From the IMG/VR virus record IMGVR_UViG_3300047157_000105, positions 64,001-128,000 of that record: a stretch of DNA of 64,000 bases. One strand, 5' to 3'. A program made the translations under genes and the position numbers. This document shows positions 16,854-25,578 of this stretch, in pieces; position 1 is the first letter of the stretch, and each line of letters starts with the position of its first letter. The notes under the pieces were generated by a model. The model was not told the origin of the DNA, did not search any database, and saw only the letters and a list, made by a program, of their open reading frames with translations. This DNA is from a virus.

Positions 16854-19160
16854 ATGACGTCTATTAACGTAACCAAGCGCAGTGGTGAAACTGAGCCATT
16901 TAACATTGACAAGATTCACCGAGTGCTTGAATGGGCTTGTCAAGATTTAGTAGGTGTATCAGTCTCTGAAATAGAGATGAGAGCCAATGTCCAAATATAT
17001 GAGAAGATGCGTTCGACATCTATCCATGATCTTCTAATCAAATCAACAGCGGAGCTTATTACTGAAGCTACACCTAACTATCAGACTGTTGCAGCTAGGC
17101 TAATCAATTATAAACTCAAGAAACTTGTCTATGGTGACAAGGACCCATGGGCATTAAAAGATATTATTGACCATAACATTGAGGCTGGAGTCTATGATCC
17201 CGATATATTAAACATGTATTCTGATGCTGAATTAGATTATATTAATGAACACATATTAGATCATTCAAGAGATGATGACTTCACATATGCTGGTATGGAG
17301 CAGATGAGATCGAAGTATCTTGTGCAGAATAGAAGTGATGGTACAATATATGAAACACCTCAGGTGCTTTATATTATGATTGCTATGACATTATTCGGTA
17401 AGTATAATGGTAGACGTATGAAGTTTGTAAGAGAATTTTATAACGCCATATCACAATTTTATATCTCATTACCAACACCTATTATGGCTGGTGTGAGAAC
17501 TCCAACAAGACAATTCTCATCATGTGTTGTATTAGAAACAAATGATTCACTTGACTCTATCAATGCAACATCAACATCAATCGTTAAATACATTTCAAAG
17601 AAAGCTGGATTAGGTATTAATGCTGGTAAGATCAGAGCAGTAGGATCACATATTGGTGATGGTTCAGTTGTTCACACTGGTCTTATACCATTCTTAAAGT
17701 TATTCCAAGCAAGTGTAAAGTCTTGTAGTCAAGGTGGAGTACGTGGTGGAGCAGCAACAGTTTATCTACCGGTGTGGCATTATGAATTCGAAGACTTAGT
17801 TGTCTTAAAGAATAATCGTGGTACGGATGAGACACGTGTACGTAACATGGATTATGCATTCCAATTCAATAAGCTGATGTATGAGAGATTATTAACTGGT
17901 GGGAACATAACTTTCTTCTCTCCTGATGATGTACCTGGATTATATGATGCATTCTTTGAGGATCAAGATTTATTCCAAGAGTTATATGAGAAGTATGAAA
18001 GGTCCCGCAAGATCCGTAAGAAGTCTTTGCCAGCCTTAGAAGTATTCTCTCAGTTCTTGACAGAGCGTAAAGAAACAGGACGAATCTATTTACAAAATGT
18101 AGATCACGCAAATACACATGGTGCATTCATCGAGAAGCAGGCCCCGATACACCAGTCGAATTTGTGTTGTGAAATTAATTTACCAAGTCATGGATTAGAA
18201 TCATACGATGATGCAAACAAAGGTGAGATCAGTTTATGTACTCTATCTGCAATCAATTGGGGATTAATTAATGATCCGAAGGACTTCGAGAAGTATTGTG
18301 ATTTAGCTATACGTTCTCTTGATGCTTTACTTGATTATCAAAACTATCCTATTGTTGCAGCTCAAAGATCTACCATGAATAGACGACCATTAGGTGTAGG
18401 TATTATTAACTTTGCATACTTCTTAGCAAAGAGAGGTTTAAAGTATGATGATGATGCTCTTGAAACAGTTGATGAATATGCAGAAGCATGGTCATACTAT
18501 TTAATTAAAGCGAGTGCTAATCTAGCAAAAGAGAGAGGAACCTGTTATAAAGTGTTAGAAACTAAATATGGGCATGGTATCTTGCCAATAGACACATATA
18601 AAAAAGAGGTTAACGAACTAGTCAAGCACAAAGAAAGAATGCCATGGAAATCTTTACGCGAACAGCTTAAGAAAACTGGTATACGTAACAGTACCATGAT
18701 GGCTATTATGCCAGCTGAAACATCAGCTCAAATCGGTAATGCTACAAATGGTATAGAACCACCTCGTGCACTTGTATCATATAAGCAATCCAAGGACGGA
18801 GTGATGGCACAAGTTGTACCACAAATACATAATCTTAAAAACAAATACGATTTACTATGGGATCAGCAAGGACCCGAAGGTTACTTAAAGATCATGGCAA
18901 TACTTCAGAAGTATGTCGACCAAGGTATATCAGTTAATACAAGTTATAATCCAGCACAGTATGAAGATAATAAAGTACCTATGTCAGAGATGATGAAGGA
19001 TCTTGTTACATTCTACAAATACGGAGGTAAACAATTATATTACTTTAATACAAATGATTTGACAAATGAAGATGAATCTTCTGATGAATTTGATAAATCT
19101 CGTGAAGACTTTGCAACACAAGAAGAGTATGATGACTATTGTGAAAGCTGCGTTTTATAG
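16854..19160 (+). CDS. nrdA: ribonucleotide reductase class Ia alpha subunit
   Basis: N-terminal ATP cone (VTKRSG), RQFSSC, QSNLCCE and C-terminal CESC. Confidence 0.97.
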   Translation: MTSINVTKRSGETEPFNIDKIHRVLEWACQDLVGVSVSEIEMRANVQIYEKMRSTSIHDLLIKSTAELITEATPNYQTVAARLINYKLKKLVYGDKDPWALKDIIDHNIEAGVYDPDILNMYSDAELDYINEHILDHSRDDDFTYAGMEQMRSKYLVQNRSDGTIYETPQVLYIMIAMTLFGKYNGRRMKFVREFYNAISQFYISLPTPIMAGVRTPTRQFSSCVVLETNDSLDSINATSTSIVKYISKKAGLGINAGKIRAVGSHIGDGSVVHTGLIPFLKLFQASVKSCSQGGVRGGAATVYLPVWHYEFEDLVVLKNNRGTDETRVRNMDYAFQFNKLMYERLLTGGNITFFSPDDVPGLYDAFFEDQDLFQELYEKYERSRKIRKKSLPALEVFSQFLTERKETGRIYLQNVDHANTHGAFIEKQAPIHQSNLCCEINLPSHGLESYDDANKGEISLCTLSAINWGLINDPKDFEKYCDLAIRSLDALLDYQNYPIVAAQRSTMNRRPLGVGIINFAYFLAKRGLKYDDDALETVDEYAEAWSYYLIKASANLAKERGTCYKVLETKYGHGILPIDTYKKEVNELVKHKERMPWKSLREQLKKTGIRNSTMMAIMPAETSAQIGNATNGIEPPRALVSYKQSKDGVMAQVVPQIHNLKNKYDLLWDQQGPEGYLKIMAILQKYVDQGISVNTSYNPAQYEDNKVPMSEMMKDLVTFYKYGGKQLYYFNTNDLTNEDESSDEFDKSREDFATQEEYDDYCESCVL

Positions 19161-19227
19161 AAGATTTTTCTACGTATGATACATTCTATAGAAAATTTTT
19201 ATCTTTTTTAAAAATAGTTCCATTTGC

Positions 19228-19258
19228 TATGTACAAAGTATATAAATTATGTTATAAT
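19228..19258 (+). promoter_or_regulatory. class A promoter
   Basis: tatgtacaaagtatataaattatgttataat. Confidence 0.8.
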
Positions 19259-19450
19259 AGTTCCATGTTATCAAGATTAGGTTTGGTATAAATAATTATG
19301 GATTTATTAAATTACTTACTATTAGGGGTAGTTCTTACCCTCGGGGCCACAGGATTAATATCCGGGGCTATCTTCCCAATTTTCCTTGAACTGAATGATG
19401 AGCTAAATGAAAAGTTTAAGGACGAGAACCCTTCGAGATAAGGCTAAACT
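19259..19450 (+). ncRNA. candidate structured RNA (6S-like?), alternatively a 47-aa membrane peptide ORF at 19298..19441
   Basis: Locally GC-rich; stems ggggtagttc/gggctatctt and tccttgaact/agtttaagga; ends can pair (ttatc/gataa, agtt/aact). Late box TATAAATA at 19287-19294. Confidence 0.3.
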
Positions 19451-19479
19451 ACTTTTTATAAAACGACATAGGAGAATAT

Positions 19480-19707
19480 ATGTTAGATAAAATCACAAGC
19501 GGCGTTTCAGCTGCAACAGCGGTGGCAATGTCACTGATCGGTTTGGCAATTATGTTGCAAATCGTATTTGGTGGATCAGTACCTTTCTTAGGCGGTGACG
19601 TCATTGGTACAATTATTGGTATCGTAGCACAGCTAGGAGATGCTGGTTTGGTAGGTTTAATTTCTGCAGCGATTTTGTGGAAGTTACTATCACATGATGA
19701 TGCTTAA
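19480..19707 (+). CDS. small host-like membrane protein (2 TM)
   Basis: Hydrophobic 75 aa, QIVFGGSVPFLGGDVIG; AGGAG RBS. Confidence 0.75.
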   Translation: MLDKITSGVSAATAVAMSLIGLAIMLQIVFGGSVPFLGGDVIGTIIGIVAQLGDAGLVGLISAAILWKLLSHDDA

Positions 19708-19721
19708 TAACATTCATTCAA

Positions 19722-19995
19722 TAATGAAGTGAGCTAGATAACGACGTAAAGGTAAAAGTAGGAGCACTTAACACGCGGGTTCAAATCCCGCCTCCTCCAC
19801 CAAATAGATCTAAAATAGATTTATTTAATGGGGGAGATTCGGCATCGATTAGGTAGCAGAGCCGCTTGAGACTCGTCAGTCAACGAAGACTTTAAAATGA
19901 AAAATTAATCGGCAATCAGTCAGATTATTTACTAGCCGCCTAATGGCTAGTTGAGGTTTTCTTCCGGAGTTCCTTATCACCCAATACTCCGGATC
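19722..19995 (+). ncRNA. ssrA: circularly permuted (two-piece) tmRNA, tag GNQSDYLLAA
   Basis: T-arm gcggg-ttcaaat-cccgc plus ctcctcc-a-cca (19775-19802) precedes the 5' acceptor strand gggggag (19830-19836), with a G3:U70 pair. A 27-nt hairpin intervenes. Tag reading frame 19911-19943 ends LAA-stop. Outer ends are approximate. Confidence 0.92.
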
Positions 19996-20016
19996 TTCTT
20001 TTTTATACATACACAT

Positions 20017-20328
20017 ATGATAACCTTAACAGACAACGCCGCTGATAAATTAAAGACTCTGGTTACTGGTAGTAAACAGTTAAGAGTATTAGTTAAAGGT
20101 ACAGGCTGTTCTGGTATGGCATATCATTTAGAGTATAACATAATGCAAACAGATATGGATGACTTGTTTATTGTAAAAGATATTCCTATCGTAATTGATA
20201 AAAAATCACAAGTTTATGTTGAAGGTGCTGAGATAGACCATAAGACAAAAGGATTAAATGAAGGCTTTGAGTTTTCTAATCCTAAGGAAAAAGCAAGGTG
20301 TGGATGTGGTGAATCCTTCACTATGTGA
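20017..20328 (+). CDS. iscA: A-type Fe-S cluster carrier protein (IscA/HesB family)
   Basis: MITLTDNAA, GTGCSGMAY and RCGCGESF; real start is 20017 rather than 19951. Confidence 0.92.
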   Translation: MITLTDNAADKLKTLVTGSKQLRVLVKGTGCSGMAYHLEYNIMQTDMDDLFIVKDIPIVIDKKSQVYVEGAEIDHKTKGLNEGFEFSNPKEKARCGCGESFTM

Positions 20329-20358
20329 TATGTACATTTAACTATATTATGATATAAT
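20329..20358 (+). promoter_or_regulatory. class A promoter
   Basis: tatgtacatttaactatattatgatataat. Confidence 0.8.
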
Positions 20359-20364
20359 ATACAT

Positions 20365-20535
20365 ATGAGTATAATGAAAGAACCACTAGGTGATGGTACA
20401 GCAAGAGTCACCAAATTCGAAGACTATCAGAAATATAAATTTGACAATCCAGAAACAATGTGGATTGAGGATTATCCGTCAATTATATTTCCTGACTGCG
20501 TGAGAGATATACATATAACTGAGGATAAAGAATGA
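20365..20535 (+). CDS. hypothetical 56-aa protein
   Basis: MSIMKEPLGDG...ITEDKE; starts 6 nt after the -10 box; ATGA overlap with the next gene. Confidence 0.55.
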   Translation: MSIMKEPLGDGTARVTKFEDYQKYKFDNPETMWIEDYPSIIFPDCVRDIHITEDKE

Positions 20536-21056
20536 ATATATTTTATTTAGATAAAGATGCAAAGACCAGTGCAGAGATGCACCTTGACAAACACTGTAGT
20601 AAGATGCTTGTGGAATACGCACAGCTTATGTCTACAGCTCACCGTGTTCTTGACGGTACAGAGTATTATGACAAAAATAAAATTGGTTCAAAGATCAAAC
20701 GCTGGCGCCATGAGGAAGATGCACTATATAAAGCATCACATGTTAATCATCCGAGCAATGTGTGGCTTCGACAAAGTATAAATAATTACGCATTCCTCTA
20801 TGAGATGTGGTGCCATCTACACGATGAATTTGTTATACGCTATGGCAAAGATCATATGTCATTCGTAAAACTCAAAGAAGTACTAAAGAGCCCACCACGT
20901 AATTGTGGTGATAGTCCATTTACACAACCGACACAAGCCATGCCTGACGATGTCAAGCATAGTGATAGCATTACTGCCTATAGAAATTACTATAAGAAGT
21001 ATAAGCAACATATCGCAGCATGGAAGACGGTTACACCCAGCTGGTATACTGTATGA
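20532..21056 (+). CDS. pyrimidine-dimer DNA glycosylase/endonuclease V family protein
   Basis: MNIFYLD...DKHCSKMLVEYAQLMSTAH, HVNHPSNVW and AYRNYY. Confidence 0.8.
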   Translation: MNIFYLDKDAKTSAEMHLDKHCSKMLVEYAQLMSTAHRVLDGTEYYDKNKIGSKIKRWRHEEDALYKASHVNHPSNVWLRQSINNYAFLYEMWCHLHDEFVIRYGKDHMSFVKLKEVLKSPPRNCGDSPFTQPTQAMPDDVKHSDSITAYRNYYKKYKQHIAAWKTVTPSWYTV

Positions 21057-22129
21057 AAAAAAGCGTATTTAAAATAAACACAAAAGGACATCTAGATAAA
21101 AATTTATTCTTTGATGAAGGTGTCGACATTGCAAGATATGACGTAGTCAAATACTCGTCTTTGCAAAAGCTATATGAAAAGATGTTATCGTTTTACTGGA
21201 CCCCTGATGAGATCGATGTCACAAAAGACAAGATTGACTTTGGTAAGTTAACAAAGAATGAGCAACATATATTTACATCCAATCTCAAAAGACAAATCTT
21301 ATTAGACTCAGTACAGGGCAGATCACCTGACTTGGCTTTATTGCCACTTGCAAGTAATCCTGAACTTGAGTTACTCATTGAGACATGGGCATTCTTTGAG
21401 ACTATTCACTCGAGATCGTATACTCACGTGATCAGAAACGTGTATCCTAATCCGTCAAAGGTCTTTGATGAGATTACTTCGATACCAGCAATCTCCGAGT
21501 GTGGTAATGCAATCTCAGAACATTATGACAACCTGATCAATTATAAGGGCCCTCACGGTAGCTATACGCATAAAAAACTGTTATATCTCTGTTTAGTAAG
21601 TATATACATATTAGAAGGAATAAGGTTTTATGTGAGCTTTGCATGTTCATGGGCATTCGCAGAACTTAAGCAAATGGAAGGTAATGCAAAGATTATTAAG
21701 TTAATTGCAAGAGATGAGAACTTACATCTTGCAGCATCGCTAAATATTATACGAACTCTTATCAAAGAAGATGAGGATTATGTAAAGATTAAAGATGAAA
21801 CACATAATGAAGTTATGGCTTTATTTGAAGATGCATTAGTACAAGAAGAAGATTGGTGTGATTACCTATTTGGTAATGGTTCAATGATTGGACTGAATGC
21901 AGGTTTGTTAAAAGAATATGTACGTTGGATTGGTGCAAAGAGAATTAAGAGTCTTAGTTATACCGTTCCATTTTCTGTACATCAGCATAACCCACTACCA
22001 TGGACAGAGAAGTGGATAAGTGGCGGAGCAGTACAAGTTGCTCCACAAGAAACAGAAATAACGTCTTATGTACTCGGTGGAGTTACACATGACGTTGATA
22101 CTAAATCATTCGAGGGATTAAGTTTATGA
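21053..22129 (+). CDS. nrdB: ribonucleotide reductase class Ia beta subunit
   Basis: QILLDSVQGR, ETIHSRSY, EGIRFYVSF, RDENLH and VAPQETE. Confidence 0.96.
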   Translation: MKKSVFKINTKGHLDKNLFFDEGVDIARYDVVKYSSLQKLYEKMLSFYWTPDEIDVTKDKIDFGKLTKNEQHIFTSNLKRQILLDSVQGRSPDLALLPLASNPELELLIETWAFFETIHSRSYTHVIRNVYPNPSKVFDEITSIPAISECGNAISEHYDNLINYKGPHGSYTHKKLLYLCLVSIYILEGIRFYVSFACSWAFAELKQMEGNAKIIKLIARDENLHLAASLNIIRTLIKEDEDYVKIKDETHNEVMALFEDALVQEEDWCDYLFGNGSMIGLNAGLLKEYVRWIGAKRIKSLSYTVPFSVHQHNPLPWTEKWISGGAVQVAPQETEITSYVLGGVTHDVDTKSFEGLSL

Positions 22130-22371
22130 GTACAGCAGTAGTATGGAGTAAAGACAATTGTGTATATTGCACAAAAGCAAAAGACTTTTTAAAGAAAAGA
22201 GATATTAACATAGAAGAGAGAAACGTTCAGTCAGGAGATTGGACAATGACTCAATTGCATGAAGCGGTTCCGAATGCAAGACAATTTCCACAGATCTTTA
22301 TTGATGGCAAATATGTTGGTGGTTATGATAAGATGATGGCACATGTTCAAATGGGAGAATTAAGTTTATGA
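22126..22371 (+). CDS. glutaredoxin
   Basis: CVYC active site; FPQIFIDGKYVGG. Confidence 0.92.
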   Translation: MSTAVVWSKDNCVYCTKAKDFLKKRDINIEERNVQSGDWTMTQLHEAVPNARQFPQIFIDGKYVGGYDKMMAHVQMGELSL

Positions 22372-22562
22372 TATGTCATGAATGTAATAGTCCAGAGTTT
22401 GATGTTACAGTTAAAGAAGAGTTAGGCTACGATAATAATCCAATTGATCTTGGGTTAGAAGTAACTAATTGTCCTTTTTGTGGTGCTAATTTAGAATGGG
22501 CAGAGAGAGGTGGATTTGATGCAGAAGAATACGATCACGATGAAAACAGACTGGACCTATAA
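22368..22562 (+). CDS. zinc-ribbon protein
   Basis: CHEC...CPFCG. Confidence 0.7.
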   Translation: MICHECNSPEFDVTVKEELGYDNNPIDLGLEVTNCPFCGANLEWAERGGFDAEEYDHDENRLDL

Positions 22563-22980
22563 TGGACAGAGATTTACGCCTACTGATGTTGGCGATTATT
22601 ACGGGTTTGTTTATAGGATTACTAATCTCACTAATGGCATGGACTATATTGGGAGAAAGTATTTTAAAACTATAAGAAAGCTCAAGCCGCTTGCGGGGTT
22701 TAAGAGAAAACGTAAGGTCACAAAAGAAACAGATTGGCAAGAGTATTGGGGTTCAAGTAATAGACTCAATGAAGATATAGAGAAGTTAGGTAAAGAAAAC
22801 TTTAAACGTGAGATCATTTGTTTGTGTAAGACTCGAGGTGACACAAACTATATGGAAGCAAAGATACAATTCGATGAGAATGTATTATTGAATGAGAACA
22901 ATTATAACGGTATTATAGCGGTAAAGATAGGAGTAGGTTCAGTTAAAAATTTAGCTGAAGAGTATGTACATCCGCAGTAA
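22540..22980 (+). CDS. denA: GIY-YIG endonuclease, endonuclease II (DenA)-like
   Basis: YGFVYRITN...YIGRK, DWQEYWGS and FKREII; single short domain in the usual nrd-rnh neighbourhood. Confidence 0.7.
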   Translation: MKTDWTYNGQRFTPTDVGDYYGFVYRITNLTNGMDYIGRKYFKTIRKLKPLAGFKRKRKVTKETDWQEYWGSSNRLNEDIEKLGKENFKREIICLCKTRGDTNYMEAKIQFDENVLLNENNYNGIIAVKIGVGSVKNLAEEYVHPQ

Positions 22981-22993
22981 AACATGTTATAAT
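22963..22993 (+). promoter_or_regulatory. class A promoter upstream of rnh
   Basis: tatgtacatccgcagtaaaacatgttataat. Confidence 0.8.
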
Positions 22994-23022
22994 ATACTTT
23001 AAATAATGAATATAGGTAAATT

Positions 23023-23880
23023 ATGGTACTAGTAGATTTTAATGGTTTGGCAATCGGGTCCATCATGGGTCAATTATCACGTGGTGAGGAGCTTAGCGAA
23101 AACTTAGTTAAGCATATTATTATTAATAACCTAAGGATATATCGTAACAAATATAAAGAGGCAGACTACGGTAAGATGGTTATCGCATGTGATAGTTACT
23201 CTTGGCGTAAAGATGTATTCCCAGAGTATAAGGCTGCACGTAAAGCTAATCGTGAATCAGATAAACATGATTGGCCAATGATCTTCGACTTAATAGAAGA
23301 TACTCTAAATGATTTACGTGAGAACTTTCCATACGCTGTTATTAAGATCGATAGTGCAGAGGCTGATGATATTATTGGTGCATTGACTGTACACAAGTCC
23401 ACACCTCTTATTGGTGAGGATGTAGTTATTATATCTGCTGACAAAGACTTTATTCAATTACAGCAATACGGTCATGTCATACAATGGTCACCTATGTTTA
23501 ATAAAATGATTAAAGAAGATAATCCACGTAGATATTTGTTCGAACATTTACTCAAGGGCGATGCGGGTGATGGTGTTCCTAATGCCAATTCTCATGATAA
23601 TGTATTTACTACAGGTTCAAGACAAACACCTATGACACAAAAAGCTATAGAGAAATATTGGGATAATCGTGATGATCTAGAAATGATTATGAAGCCTAAT
23701 GTCTTCCGTAACTTTATGCGTAATGTACAAATGATTGACTTGACTAATACTCCAGATGGTATTCGTGAAGCAGCTATAAATACATACGAGAATTACAAAT
23801 ATCCACCACGTTCTAATATACTAACATACTTAATAGAACACCGTATGAAAATGTTAATTGACAATGCAGCAGAGTTTTGA
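23023..23880 (+). CDS. rnh: T4-type RNase H (5'-3' exonuclease)
   Basis: LVDFN, WRKDVFPEYKA, EADDIIG, SADKDFIQLQ and GDAGDGVPN. Confidence 0.93.
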   Translation: MVLVDFNGLAIGSIMGQLSRGEELSENLVKHIIINNLRIYRNKYKEADYGKMVIACDSYSWRKDVFPEYKAARKANRESDKHDWPMIFDLIEDTLNDLRENFPYAVIKIDSAEADDIIGALTVHKSTPLIGEDVVIISADKDFIQLQQYGHVIQWSPMFNKMIKEDNPRRYLFEHLLKGDAGDGVPNANSHDNVFTTGSRQTPMTQKAIEKYWDNRDDLEMIMKPNVFRNFMRNVQMIDLTNTPDGIREAAINTYENYKYPPRSNILTYLIEHRMKMLIDNAAEF

Positions 23881-24020
23881 GCGAAGACGAACTAAGACAA
23901 TTCATGGAGTATTTCAAAGATGAACTACCTGATCCAGAGCATTATCCGATAAAGGTAATGTGGTTATATAGGTGGTGGAAAAGTATTACATTAAGGAATA
24001 GAGAAGATGCCGACGTATGA
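23877..24020 (+). CDS. hypothetical 47-aa protein
   Basis: TTG start overlapping the rnh stop; LPDPEHYP motif. Confidence 0.5.
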   Translation: MSEDELRQFMEYFKDELPDPEHYPIKVMWLYRWWKSITLRNREDADV

Positions 24021-24252
24021 TTTTAAAAGTAATAAGACTGGTAAAGAGTGGGAAGACACAATGTCTTACAAAGATCTAGATGCTTATTACAAAAAACATG
24101 ACTGCCAACAAGTAATCAATAAACAACCTCAAGTAGTCTCAGGTGTTAAATCTTTATGGTCACAAACAGATGACGGATTTAAAGATCGCATGAGTGAGAT
24201 TCAAAAGGTGGCAGGTAAACAAGGAATGAAACAAACTGACTACGATAGATAA
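24007..24252 (+). CDS. FmdB-like small protein
   Basis: MPTYDF...DDGFKDRM pattern of T4-like FmdB-type proteins; the zinc Cys pairs are absent. Confidence 0.6.
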   Translation: MPTYDFKSNKTGKEWEDTMSYKDLDAYYKKHDCQQVINKQPQVVSGVKSLWSQTDDGFKDRMSEIQKVAGKQGMKQTDYDR

Positions 24253-24899
24253 TGTTTAAACATGAACCCATTGATTTAGGTTATAATGACCTAACTACTA
24301 CAAACAAAGGTGGTAGAAAATATCAAACACCGAATGGTGATTACCCTTCTATAACAACTGTACTTGGTAACCTAAGTAAGAAAGCTATTATGGAATGGAG
24401 AGATCGTGTAGGTCATGATGTAGCAAATCAAATATCTAGACAAGCTGCCGGTAGAGGTACAGCAGTTCACCAAGTCTGTGAAGATTATGTGAACAATAAA
24501 CCTGATTATGACAAAGACTTGATGCCTAATATCTTGCATGACTTCAAGAGAATTAAAAATATACTAGACACAAGAATAGGCACAGTATATGGACAGGAGT
24601 TACCATTGTATTCTGATCACTTAGGAGTTGCAGGTCGAGTTGACTGTGTTGCAGAGTTTGATGGTAAACCGTCTATTATAGACTATAAGACAAGTAGAAA
24701 GACAAAGAAAAAGGAATGGATCCATTCTTATTTCATGCAAGAATGCTTTTATGCTATTGCATGGGAAGAGAGAACTGGTATTCCTATCACACAATTAGTA
24801 ACAATTATCTCTGTGGATGACGCAGAACCGCAAGTATTCATTGAACATCGTGACAACTGGGATAAGGAACTCGTGCAGGTCATACACCAGTATACTTAA
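24252..24899 (+). CDS. PD-(D/E)xK exonuclease
   Basis: YPSITTVL, RGTAVH, AGRVDC, IIDYKTS and YFMQ. Confidence 0.85.
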   Translation: MFKHEPIDLGYNDLTTTNKGGRKYQTPNGDYPSITTVLGNLSKKAIMEWRDRVGHDVANQISRQAAGRGTAVHQVCEDYVNNKPDYDKDLMPNILHDFKRIKNILDTRIGTVYGQELPLYSDHLGVAGRVDCVAEFDGKPSIIDYKTSRKTKKKEWIHSYFMQECFYAIAWEERTGIPITQLVTIISVDDAEPQVFIEHRDNWDKELVQVIHQYT

Positions 24900-24936
24900 A
24901 CTGGCACACCAACTCGCCGCATCTGGACCAGTAAAT

Positions 24937-24968
24937 AGTTACACAAGCACTCGTTTTTATGATATAAT
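24937..24968 (+). promoter_or_regulatory. class B (probable immediate-early) promoter
   Basis: agttacacaagc-N11-tgatataat followed by actatattaaa; repeated at 25256. Confidence 0.7.
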
Positions 24969-24997
24969 ATAACTATATTAAACAATAAGGACAGACA

Positions 24998-25228
24998 ATG
25001 AAAGTAGGAAATAGATTAAAACCAGGTAACAGAAATCAAAGAATACAAGACAGACACGCACGTCTTGTTGCTCAAGTTAATCAACTTCAAGATGACAATG
25101 CTCGTCTTCAAAAACAAGTTGATTCTAACAAAGCAGCTTTTGATTGGGCAAGATGTCAAGCTCATATCAATAGGCTTATTGCAGATCGTAATCAGCTTAG
25201 AGCACAACTTGCTGCTCTTACTTCATAA
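24998..25228 (+). CDS. small coiled-coil hypothetical protein
   Basis: TAAGGA RBS; heptad-rich. Confidence 0.7.
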   Translation: MKVGNRLKPGNRNQRIQDRHARLVAQVNQLQDDNARLQKQVDSNKAAFDWARCQAHINRLIADRNQLRAQLAALTS

Positions 25229-25255
25229 ATAAGCACACTATTTCTGTGACTATAA

Positions 25256-25287
25256 AGTTACACAAGCGATCAAAACTGTGATATAAT
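25256..25287 (+). promoter_or_regulatory. class B promoter
   Basis: agttacacaagcgatcaaaactgtgatataat. Confidence 0.7.
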
Positions 25288-25317
25288 ATTACTATATTAA
25301 ATAAAAAAGGAATTAAA

Positions 25318-25578
25318 ATGGATATAATGAAAATACTTGAAAAATACGAATCACCTGAGAACGAAGCTTCTTTTTACAAAGGCATTCCAATAAAATACCT
25401 TAAAGATGTTCAAAAATCTTTATTGTTTTGGGATAGCTTAGATGGTGTAAAAACTTTTAGATATCAGTTTAGAGGTAAGTCTAAACCTGGTTTTAAAAGA
25501 CCACAAGCATGGTGCCCTAAAGCTCATGCAGAAACATTTGCTGTTTACGAAAAAGGAGTTAACACATGGCTAGTATAA
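25318..25578 (+). CDS. hypothetical protein
   Basis: AAGGA RBS; YQFRG...RPQAWCPKAHAETFAVY. Confidence 0.7.
   Translation: MDIMKILEKYESPENEASFYKGIPIKYLKDVQKSLLFWDSLDGVKTFRYQFRGKSKPGFKRPQAWCPKAHAETFAVYEKGVNTWLV

Noticed and set aside
19390-19415. Hammerhead ribozyme core (ctgaatgatgag...gaaa) or yybP-ykoY riboswitch
   Set aside because: The core spacing does not match CUGANGA and stem II is missing; the yybP consensus is only partly matched.
19770-19802. tRNA-Ala gene or tRNA fragment (attachment site)
   Set aside because: There is no anticodon arm, the matching 5' acceptor strand lies downstream, and a tag ORF follows, so it is a permuted tmRNA.
19951-20016. N-terminal extension of IscA in the ORF track
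   Set aside because: It overlaps the tmRNA 3' structure; family homology starts at MITLT (20017).
5743-22129. Inteins or introns in uvsX, gp41, nrdA or nrdB
   Set aside because: All have normal lengths and continuous motifs.
22540-22980. Mobile GIY-YIG homing endonuclease
   Set aside because: It is a short single domain with no DNA-binding tail, not inside an intron, and in a position typical of EndoII-like genes.
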